Part shown: positions 23,187 to 30,144 of the stretch, piece after piece
Numbering within the stretch: position 1 is the first letter of the stretch
Layout of the letters: every line of letters starts with the position of its first letter
NCBI RefSeq assembly: GCF_008065095.1
Contig: NZ_CP042911.1
Location: 7,740,001 to 7,772,000 of the forward strand
Length of the DNA stretch: 32,000 nt
Source: Gemmata obscuriglobus
GTDB lineage: Bacteria > Planctomycetota > Planctomycetia > Gemmatales > Gemmataceae
Direction of reading: 5' to 3'
Program-made: the position numbers and the translations under genes
The notes under the pieces: model-generated
What the model was told of the DNA's origin: nothing
The model's input: the letters and a program-made list of their open reading frames with translations, nothing else
Databases searched by the model: none

Positions 23187-23399
23187 GTAGTTTCAAGTTC
23201 GGGCCGTACCGCGGTTCTGGCCTGGAGTGTGGTCCGCTCACTCCGTGAGCGGTCGTTCCGAGCATCCGATTCGCTCCGCGGACGTGCCGGCCCCTGCGTT
23301 GCGCGCAATGCGTATCCGAGACCCGGAGCGACCGCTCACGGAGTGAGCGGACCACGCTCAGAACCACGGCACGGGTACTCCACACCAACTTGAAACTAC
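23187..23399. repeat. ~213-bp imperfect palindrome directly abutting repeat copy B
   Basis: Outer arms GTAGTTTCAAGTT (23187-23199) / AACTTGAAACTAC (23387-23399). Inner 31-nt arms at 23225-23255 / 23329-23359 (one mismatch), each containing CCGCTCAC-tcc-GTGAGCGG. TTGCGCGCAA lies near the centre. Confidence 0.85.
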
Positions 23400-23412
23400 G
23401 GGCCACCGTTTC

Positions 23413-24621
23413 TTAGAACGCGGCGCGGTAGATGCCGAGGATTTCGTCCTCGCTCTGGGGCATCCGCGGGTTCACGCGCATCAACCGTTTGATGGCGAAC
23501 GCTTTCGCCGCGAACCCGGGCAACATCTCCTCTTTCACGCCGATGTCGCGCAGGCGCGTCGGGATGCCGGTGTCGGCGCGGAGTTGCTCGATTTCACGGA
23601 GCGCAGCTTCGGCGTACTCCATCATGCCGTGGCCGCCCGCGCGAACGCCGAGCCATTCACCGATCACAGCGGTTTGCTCGACGCGGTGGTGCAGGTTGAA
23701 CCGCATCACATACGGCAGCAGCAGCCCGTTGCCGGCCCCGTGCGAGACGTGGACCGCCCCGCCGACCGGGTACTCCATCGCGTGAACCAGCGCGACCCCG
23801 GCGTTCGAGAACGCCAGCCCGCCGAGCGTCGCCGCCAGCGCCATCCCGTCGCGGGCTTCGAGGTCGGAGCCGTCCCGCACCGCCCGCCGCAGGAACCGGC
23901 CGACGAGGGTGATCGCCTCGCGCGCCATCAGGTCGGCCATCGGGTTCTTGCCCTGGTAGACGGTCTTCTCGCCGCTCGGCAGCGGGAACTCGTCGTTGTG
24001 GACCGCGCAGAACCCCTCGATCGCGTGCGTGAGGGCGTCGATGCCGGAGTCGGCCGTCACCTTCGGCGGGCAACTGACCGTCAGCAGCGGGTCCACGATC
24101 GCGAACGCCGGCCGCAGGAACGGGCTGAGGCACGACACCTTGATGTGGTTCGCGGTGTCGGTGAACACCGCCGCCGCGGACACTTCGGAGCCGGTCCCCG
24201 CCGTGGTGGGGACGCAGACGAGCGGCGTCACCGGCCCCGGGACGCGGCAGTCGCCGGCGTAATCGAGCGGGTCGCCGCCGTGCGCGAGGATCATGGACAC
24301 CAGCTTGGCGGTGTCCATGTTGCTGCCGCCGCCCAGGCCGATGATGACATCGGGGGCCGCAGCCCGCGCCGCCGCGACGCACTCGCGCACGAGTTCCACG
24401 CCGGGCTCCGGGGTGATCCGGTCGAAGCTCTCGAACGCCACGCCGAGGGCGGCGAGCGGTTTGGTGACCTGGGCCAGGATTCCCGCGCGCACCAGCACCG
24501 CGTCGGTGACGATGAAGGCGCGTTTCGCGCCCAGCCGCTCGCAGGCGTCGCGGAGGTGGATCTGAACCGCGTTGCGGCCGAAGAACAGGGCGCCGGCGGA
24601 GGAGAAGGACCAGGTGCGCAT
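23413..24621 (-). CDS. Iron-containing (group III) alcohol dehydrogenase family protein
   Basis: GLGGGSNMDTAK (GGGS..D.AK NAD motif). Metal-site histidines in DALTHAIE and LVHAMEYPVGGAVHVSHGAGNG. 402 aa, a typical length. Confidence 0.9.
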   Translation of the reverse strand: MRTWSFSSAGALFFGRNAVQIHLRDACERLGAKRAFIVTDAVLVRAGILAQVTKPLAALGVAFESFDRITPEPGVELVRECVAAARAAAPDVIIGLGGGSNMDTAKLVSMILAHGGDPLDYAGDCRVPGPVTPLVCVPTTAGTGSEVSAAAVFTDTANHIKVSCLSPFLRPAFAIVDPLLTVSCPPKVTADSGIDALTHAIEGFCAVHNDEFPLPSGEKTVYQGKNPMADLMAREAITLVGRFLRRAVRDGSDLEARDGMALAATLGGLAFSNAGVALVHAMEYPVGGAVHVSHGAGNGLLLPYVMRFNLHHRVEQTAVIGEWLGVRAGGHGMMEYAEAALREIEQLRADTGIPTRLRDIGVKEEMLPGFAAKAFAIKRLMRVNPRMPQSEDEILGIYRAAF

Positions 24622-24622
24622 G

Positions 24623-24752
24623 GTCGTGGTTCGGAACGCGGAATTCGGAATGCGGAATCAAGACGCGTGATGCCGCCACAATTTCGGGGTAGTATAAGCG
24701 GCGCGGGGTGGCTTTCATTCCGCATTCCGAATTCCGCGTTCCGAACCACGAC
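24623..24752. repeat. Perfect 36-bp inverted repeat (24623-24658 / 24717-24752) with a 58-bp spacer, filling the divergent intergenic region
   Basis: GTCGTGGTTCGGAACGCGGAATTCGGAATGCGGAAT ... ATTCCGCATTCCGAATTCCGCGTTCCGAACCACGAC, 36 of 36 complementary. Each arm ends 1 nt from a start codon (24621 on the minus strand, 24754 on the plus strand). Confidence 0.95.
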
Positions 24753-24753
24753 G

Positions 24754-25278
24754 ATGATACGCATCGGCGTCCTCACCGTTTCCGACCGGGCCAGCCGCGG
24801 CGAGTACCCCGACAAGGGCGGCCCCGCGATCCTCGAATTCTTGAAGGACGTGCTCACCTGCGCATGGGAGCCACACGCGCTCGTCATTCCCGACGAGCAG
24901 GAGCACATCGAGGCCACCCTGAAGGCCATGTGCGACGACGAGGGGTGCTGTTTCGTGGTCACCACCGGCGGCACCGGGCCGGCGCGGCGCGACGTGACCC
25001 CGGAAGCGACCGAGGCGGTGTGCGACAAACTGCTCCCCGGGTTCGGCGAGCTGATGCGCGCGGTGTCGCTGAAGAGCGTGCCCACCGCCATCCTGTCGCG
25101 CCAGACGGCGGGCATCCGGGGCCGGTCGCTCATCGTGAACCTGCCCGGCAAGCCGTCGGCGATCCGCGAGTGCCTCCTCGCGGTCATGCCGGCGGTCCCG
25201 TACTGCGTCGATCTCATCGGCGGCCCGTACCTCACCACGAACGACGCGGTGGTGAAGGCGTTCCGGCCCGGCCAGTGA
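24754..25278 (+). CDS. mog: Molybdopterin adenylyltransferase (molybdenum cofactor biosynthesis protein Mog/MogA)
   Basis: MIRIGVLTVSDRASRGEYPDKGGPAILEFL, VVTTGGTGPARRDVTPEA and NLPGKPSAI match the MoaB/Mog family. 174 aa. Confidence 0.9.
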   Translation: MIRIGVLTVSDRASRGEYPDKGGPAILEFLKDVLTCAWEPHALVIPDEQEHIEATLKAMCDDEGCCFVVTTGGTGPARRDVTPEATEAVCDKLLPGFGELMRAVSLKSVPTAILSRQTAGIRGRSLIVNLPGKPSAIRECLLAVMPAVPYCVDLIGGPYLTTNDAVVKAFRPGQ

Positions 25279-25326
25279 GCGACCGGTGTCCTGGGCTCGT
25301 ACCGCACAGCGTTGTTGGTTTACTCG

Positions 25327-25392
25327 CACCCGCCTGCTGACGCAGGCGGTTCGACCAATTGCTGTCGAACCGCCTGCGTCAGCAGGCGGGTG
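25327..25392. repeat. Perfect 29-bp-arm hairpin (8-nt loop) between mog and the next gene; each arm contains its own 8-bp hairpin
   Basis: CACCCGCCTGCTGACGCAGGCGGTTCGAC caattgct GTCGAACCGCCTGCGTCAGCAGGCGGGTG. The internal palindrome is CCGCCTGC-tgac-GCAGGCGG. A related half-site, cacccgcccgctgacgcatgtgg, occurs at 4149-4171. Confidence 0.9.
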
Positions 25393-25462
25393 GCGCTCAT
25401 AGGTGTTAGATTCGAGCCGGTCGTACTGGCGCCCTCACCCCGTACCCAACAGGAAACGTGAC

Positions 25463-26359
25463 ATGCGGTTGTCATTCGCGCTGGTGCTCCTGGTGCCGTC
25501 GCTCGCGGCGGCGCAGATCACCGCGGAGCAGAAGAAGGAAACGGTCCGGTGGGTGCTGGCACTTGAGGTTCCGGGCGGGGGCTTTTCGCCGGCCCCGCAG
25601 AACCCAAGCGCGGGGGCCGCGCCGCGGCCCAGCCTGCGCGCGACCAGCAGCGCGGTCCGGGCGCTCAAGTACCTCGGCGCGGACGTTCCCAACACGGACA
25701 AGCACGCGGCGTTCGTGCTGACGTGCTACGACCCGAAGACCGGGGCGTTCGCGGAGCCGGGCGGAAAGCCCGATGTCACCATCACCAGCATCGGGGTGAT
25801 GGCCGCGGTCGAGGTGGGCGTTCCGAAGGAAAAGTTCGCGAAGGCGATGGACTACCTCAAGGGGCACGCCAAGACCTTCGAGGAGGTGCGCATCGCCGCC
25901 GCCGCGGTCGAAGCGTGGGGCGTAAAGGACTGCCCGTTCAAGCTGGACGACTGGTTCGCGGTTGGGATGAAGTACGGCGAAGGCACAGCGAGTTCGCCCC
26001 AGGACGGCGGGGCGCGCGATACCGGCTCGCTGGTCGCGCTGTTCCTGCGGCTCGGCCGCGACCTCCCGCCGAACAACGTGAAGTCGATCTTCGCCGACGG
26101 TCAGCGCGCCGACGGCGGGTGGGGGAAGCAGGGGGCGAAGGTGTCCGACATCGAAACGACCTACCGCGTGATGCGGGCGCTGATGCTGCTCAAGGAGCCG
26201 CCGAAGGACGCGAAGAAGCTCCGCGAGTTCATCGCGGAGCACCGCAACAAGGACGGCGGATACGCCACGACGCCCGGCGGCACGTCGAGCATCGGCGGGG
26301 TGTATTACAGCGTCGTCGTGTCGAAGTGGCTCGACGGGATGGAAGGCGCGAAGAAGTAA
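25463..26359 (+). CDS. Prenyltransferase / squalene-oxidase-repeat (alpha-alpha toroid) secreted protein
   Basis: AGGAA upstream of ATG 25463. Signal peptide MRLSFALVLLVPSLAAAQ. Recurrent ..GGGF.., ..ADGGWGKQG.., ..KDGGYATTPG.. repeats are typical of this fold. Confidence 0.75.
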   Translation: MRLSFALVLLVPSLAAAQITAEQKKETVRWVLALEVPGGGFSPAPQNPSAGAAPRPSLRATSSAVRALKYLGADVPNTDKHAAFVLTCYDPKTGAFAEPGGKPDVTITSIGVMAAVEVGVPKEKFAKAMDYLKGHAKTFEEVRIAAAAVEAWGVKDCPFKLDDWFAVGMKYGEGTASSPQDGGARDTGSLVALFLRLGRDLPPNNVKSIFADGQRADGGWGKQGAKVSDIETTYRVMRALMLLKEPPKDAKKLREFIAEHRNKDGGYATTPGGTSSIGGVYYSVVVSKWLDGMEGAKK

Positions 26360-26372
26360 CGGACTCGCGACG

Positions 26373-26404
26373 GGCGCCTCGTGCGAGGCGCCGGGCTGAT
26401 TTTG
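26373..26404 (+). terminator. Candidate intrinsic terminator after the prenyltransferase-like gene
   Basis: GGCGCCTC gtgc GAGGCGCC followed 8 nt later by TTTT. It lies 14 nt after the stop codon. Confidence 0.5.
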
Positions 26405-26456
26405 GGCTGAACGCGCGGCGTTCAACAGACCGGTTCGACTCAGTGAAGGAAGCGGA

Positions 26457-27557
26457 ATGACGCACCCCAGCCCGACCGAACCGGCCCCCGGTTCGGACGT
26501 CGCGGACCTCGACACCCCGCAGTTGCTTGTGGACCTGGACGTTGTGGACGGCAACGTTCGGCGCATGTTCGCTGCGGCCCGGGGCCGGGGCGTCCGGGTC
26601 CGCGTCCATTTCAAGAGCCTCAAATGTACCGGCCTCGCGCGGCACGTGGCGGCCGCCGGCCCGGACGGGTTCGCGGCGGCGAAGCTCAACGAGGCCGAGG
26701 CCCTGGCCGACGCGGGTGTCACGGACATCCTGTTGGCGAACCAGGTGGTCGGGCTGCACAAGCTGCGCCGGGCCGCGCGGCTCGCGCGCCGGGCCGACCT
26801 GATCGTGTGCGTGGACGACGCCGACAACGCCCGCGCCCTGAGCGCGGCGGCGGTCGCCGAGGGCACGCAGATCCGCGCGCTGGTAGAGGTGGACATCGGG
26901 ATGGCGCGGTGCGGGGTGCCCCCCGGCGCGGCCGCCGTCGAACTGGCCCAGACGGTGGCGGCGCTGCCCGGGCTGCGGTTCTACGGGCTCCAGGGGTACG
27001 ACGGGCACCTCCAGATGCTCCCGGATTACGAGAGCCGCCAGGCGCAGTCGCTGGCGGGCGCGGAGGCGCTGGCCGACACCCGGCGGCAGGTCGAGCGCGC
27101 CGGGCTCCCGGTCGCGCTGGTGACCGGGGGCGGGACGGGGACGTGGGAGTTCGCCGCGGCGGTGCCGGGCGTCACGGAGGTGCAGCCCGGGTCGTTCGTC
27201 ATCATGGACGCGGCGTACCACAAGGTGCGCCCGGAATTCGGGTGCGCGCTGTCGGTCCGGGCGGCGGTGGTGAGCCGCCGCCCCGGGCAGTACGTGCTCG
27301 ACGCGGGCAGCAAGGCGATCTCGCGCGACTTCGGCACGCCCGAGATCAAGGGGCGGCCCGGCGACCGCGTGCTCCGGCTGAACGAGGAGCACACGATCGT
27401 GGCGGCGGACGGTGCCGTTCCGGCGGTGGGCGAGGCCGCCGAGGTGCTGCCGGCCCACTGCTGCGCGACGATGAACCTGCACCGCGCGTGTGCGGCCGTG
27501 CGGGGCGGGCGGGTCGAGGCGGTGTGGCCGATCGAGTGCAGCGGGCGGTACGACTGA
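26457..27557 (+). CDS. PLP-dependent D-threonine aldolase / DSD1-type D-serine dehydratase-like enzyme (alanine-racemase-fold N domain)
   Basis: GAAGGAAG upstream of the ATG. DTPQLLVDLDVVDGNVRRM, VRVHFKSLK (PLP lysine context), GLQGYDGH and a C-terminal HC..T...H-type metal-site region match the family. Confidence 0.85.
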   Translation: MTHPSPTEPAPGSDVADLDTPQLLVDLDVVDGNVRRMFAAARGRGVRVRVHFKSLKCTGLARHVAAAGPDGFAAAKLNEAEALADAGVTDILLANQVVGLHKLRRAARLARRADLIVCVDDADNARALSAAAVAEGTQIRALVEVDIGMARCGVPPGAAAVELAQTVAALPGLRFYGLQGYDGHLQMLPDYESRQAQSLAGAEALADTRRQVERAGLPVALVTGGGTGTWEFAAAVPGVTEVQPGSFVIMDAAYHKVRPEFGCALSVRAAVVSRRPGQYVLDAGSKAISRDFGTPEIKGRPGDRVLRLNEEHTIVAADGAVPAVGEAAEVLPAHCCATMNLHRACAAVRGGRVEAVWPIECSGRYD

Positions 27558-27577
27558 CCGCGGAGCGGTGCGGCGGG

Positions 27578-27967
27578 TCAGCGCGGCTTCGCCGCGCCGC
27601 CGCGGGGGCCGTTGAGGAACGAGTTCACGCGCTGCTTGAGCTTGCGGTGCGCGGCGGTGCTGCCGTTGGCGAGTTGGAGCGCGTCGCGGACGTTCAGCCC
27701 GGGGTCCGGGAACGGCAGCTTGGCGAGCGCGTCGTCCACGGCGCCGGCCATCGCGTACTTGGTGTCGTCGCCGGCGGCCACCTCGATGCCCAGCGTGCGG
27801 AGCGCCTCGAGGTCGCGGTAGAACCCGCGGACGTCGAGCTTGAGCCGGCGGAGCAGCGCCGCACGGGTCTGGGGGCCGGTGCCGAGCAGGGTGATGAGCC
27901 GGTACAGGCGCGCCGCCCGGGGCGAGGTGAGTGAGACCGCGGCGGCGCCCACCTTCTTCCTCCCCAT
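27578..27967 (-). CDS. Small winged-HTH (HTH_11/DeoR-N-like) DNA-binding protein (129 aa) with no obvious sensor domain
   Basis: RAARLYRLITLLGTGPQTRAALLRRLKLDVRGFYRDLEALRTLGIEV looks like a wHTH of the YafY/PafBC N-terminal type. The rest is short and unrecognised. Confidence 0.55.
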   Translation of the reverse strand: MGRKKVGAAAVSLTSPRAARLYRLITLLGTGPQTRAALLRRLKLDVRGFYRDLEALRTLGIEVAAGDDTKYAMAGAVDDALAKLPFPDPGLNVRDALQLANGSTAAHRKLKQRVNSFLNGPRGGAAKPR

Positions 27968-28199
27968 CGAGTCGACTCCGTCCTGGTGCGGGGAGAGGCC
28001 GCGCGTCCGTGCGGGCCGCCCGTTCGTCGTCGGGCGCCGAGCCCGTGGGCACCCGTCCGATGGGGCCGCAACGCACCGCGACCGCGCCGCGGCCGCAGTG
28101 ACATGGGCATGATGGTAGGGACGGCGCGGCGGGAAAGCAAGCGGTTGGCGCGAGCCCGCGCGAAGAACCGGGGCGGCGCTTGAGGTCGGCCCTCAATTA

Positions 28200-28221
28200 C
28201 AGTGACACCGCTGTGTCACTG
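28200..28221 (-). terminator. 9-bp hairpin 11 nt downstream of the Rpn-like gene stop
   Basis: CAGTGACAC cgct GTGTCACTG. No U-tract. Confidence 0.4.
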
Positions 28222-28232
28222 ACCGCCCGCGG

Positions 28233-29159
28233 TCACACGCCGGCCGCGGCGCGGAACCCGTCGCGGGTGTCGGCCCGGGCCGCCAGCGCGATCCACTGCT
28301 GGAGCCGGGCGAGGTCGGCGGTGGCCCGCACCGCGCCCGCGAGGTCGGCCGGAACGGTCCCGAACTTGGCCTCGAGCACCGCCAGCACCGCCGCGGCACG
28401 TTCCTCGACTTGGGTTTCGGCACGAGCTTCGGCACGAGCTTCGGCCTTCCACCCGTTCACCACCGCGGATTCGCGCACGTTCCACCCCTTCAGTCCGAGT
28501 TCCCAGTTCTCGCGACAACCGGCGGCTTCGGCGAACACCAGGGCCAGGCCGCCCAGCTCCGACCGGCGCCGGCTCGAGGGCTCCTGTTCGGCGAGCCGCT
28601 TCCACCGCTCAATTATTGTCCCCTCTCCGCCGCCGGCCATCAATGGCAGCCATGGGAGGACGCTCCGGCCCGACGCGCCGGCCTCGATCCTCCCGATCGC
28701 ATGATCGGCATTTTCGCCCGCCAAGTTGCGCTCCGCGACCGCCAGGTGCGTTCCGACCGGCGTGCCCGGGAGCCGCATCTCGCGGGACGCCGAGCCGGCC
28801 CCGGTGAGGTTCACGACGGCCGCGCCCACGTTGAACCGGCTGCCGCGCTCGGGGTCCGGTTTGAGGCGCGTCCAGAGCTGGGACAGGTAGCCGAGGAGGC
28901 GGCCGAACATGAGCGGGTCCGGGTCGATCTGGAACTCGATCGCCAGCGCCCACGGCGGCCCGCTCCCGTCGGGCGGGGTGAGGCGCGCGACCGTATCGCC
29001 CACCCGGTCCGGCTCGCCGGGGAAGGGAATGCCGCGCGTGTCGAGCCAGCCGGCGAACCCGAGGGCGGTCGCGGGGCGGTCGAGGAGCCACGCGAGGAAC
29101 TCGGGCGGCTCCAACTGGGCCGCGAACCGCGCGGCTTTGTCGAAGTGGTTTTCGGGCAC
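28233..29159 (-). CDS. Rpn-family (YhgA-like PD-(D/E)XK) recombination-promoting nuclease / putative transposase with a C-terminal DUF4351 domain
   Basis: N-terminus HFDKAARFAAQLEPPEFLAWLL ... GDTVARL ... ALAIEFQIDPDPLMFGRLLGYLSQLW follows the FD..CK.L.E..P..F..WLL ... D ... (L/I)EFQ ... RML.Y pattern of this family. The C-terminal ..VLAVLEAKFGTVPADLAGAVRATADLARLQQWIALA.. is DUF4351-like. The GTG start lies 7 nt after the permease stop. Confidence 0.8.
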   Translation of the reverse strand: MPENHFDKAARFAAQLEPPEFLAWLLDRPATALGFAGWLDTRGIPFPGEPDRVGDTVARLTPPDGSGPPWALAIEFQIDPDPLMFGRLLGYLSQLWTRLKPDPERGSRFNVGAAVVNLTGAGSASREMRLPGTPVGTHLAVAERNLAGENADHAIGRIEAGASGRSVLPWLPLMAGGGEGTIIERWKRLAEQEPSSRRRSELGGLALVFAEAAGCRENWELGLKGWNVRESAVVNGWKAEARAEARAETQVEERAAAVLAVLEAKFGTVPADLAGAVRATADLARLQQWIALAARADTRDGFRAAAGV

Positions 29160-29166
29160 GGCGCCG

Positions 29167-30144
29167 CTACCGGTGGACCCGCGACCGGCGGCGGATCAGC
29201 TCGTCCACCACCGTGCCGACCAGCAGCGTCACGCCGACGATCGCCGGGATCACGTCGCCCTTGGCGCCCTGGAAGTTCACGATGCTCTCGATGACCGGCA
29301 GCACCATCGCACCCAGGACGACGCCCACCGCGGTGCCCTCGCCGCCCCGCAGGCTGCACCCGCCGAGCACCGCCCCGAGGATCGCGTACAGCTCCCACCC
29401 CAGGCCGGCGTTGTTGGACTGGACCGACGGGGCGTGCAGGAACAGCAGCACGCCGGTCAGGGCCGCGAGCGTCGAGCAGGAAACGTAGACGGTCAACCGG
29501 TGCCGGTTCACGTCCACGCCGGCGTACTTCGCGGCCAGCTCGCTGTGCCCGATCGCGTACCAGTACCGCCCGTACGCGGTGCGGTGCAGGAAGAACCCCG
29601 CGACCGCCGCGAGGGCCAGCAGCAGCACGAACTGGGCGGGGAACAGGAGCGCGCCGTTCTCGGGGCTCTTGCCGGTGAGCACGAACCGGAGCGTGCGCAA
29701 CGCGCCGGCGAACTCCTGGTGCGCCTCGATCGTCTGGTTCAACCCCACGGTGCCCTCGAGCAGCCGCGCGACGCCCCGGAACACGAACATACCGCACAGG
29801 GTCACGAGGAACGGCTGCAGCCGTACCCGGGTGACGAGGAGCCCGTTCACCGCCCCGACGCCGGCGCCGAACAGCAGCACGGCGGGCAGCGCGGCGTAGG
29901 GGTGGGCGCCGCGGTTCACCAGGAACCCGAACAGGACCGCCCCGCACGCCACCACCGACCCGATGGACAGGTCGATGCCGCCGGTGATGATGACCAGCGC
30001 CGCGCCGAGCGTGATGATCCCGTACTGGCCCTGGTAGCTGGCCACGTCGATCAGGTTGCTCGCCTCGCCGGCCCGGTTGTGCGAGAGGAACAGGGCCACG
30101 TACAGCGCCGCCACCAACCCCAGGACGCCCAGAAGGCGAGTCAT
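29167..30144 (-). CDS. Sugar ABC transporter permease (RbsC/AraH-type)
   Basis: ATG 30144 overlaps the ATPase stop (TAATG). GIITLGAALVIITGGIDLSIGS is the family hallmark. About 9-10 hydrophobic segments. Confidence 0.9.
   Translation of the reverse strand: MTRLLGVLGLVAALYVALFLSHNRAGEASNLIDVASYQGQYGIITLGAALVIITGGIDLSIGSVVACGAVLFGFLVNRGAHPYAALPAVLLFGAGVGAVNGLLVTRVRLQPFLVTLCGMFVFRGVARLLEGTVGLNQTIEAHQEFAGALRTLRFVLTGKSPENGALLFPAQFVLLLALAAVAGFFLHRTAYGRYWYAIGHSELAAKYAGVDVNRHRLTVYVSCSTLAALTGVLLFLHAPSVQSNNAGLGWELYAILGAVLGGCSLRGGEGTAVGVVLGAMVLPVIESIVNFQGAKGDVIPAIVGVTLLVGTVVDELIRRRSRVHR

Noticed and set aside
23584-24753. Long N-terminal extension of the mog reading frame (ORF 23584..25278)
   Set aside because: The extension is antisense to the Fe-ADH gene and passes through the inverted repeat. 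Mog homology begins exactly at MIRIGVLTVSDR (ATG 24754).
24622-24753. Possible Moco riboswitch upstream of mog
   Set aside because: From memory, the sequence lacks the conserved Moco-motif blocks and is dominated by the 36-bp inverted repeat. A cmscan against Rfam would settle it.
26229-28196. 655-aa minus-strand ORF, and similarly 9304..11331, 2276..3313, 1142..2263 and 11830..12759
   Set aside because: All are antisense or out of frame to genes with clear family motifs, with Arg/Pro/Gly-dominated composition.
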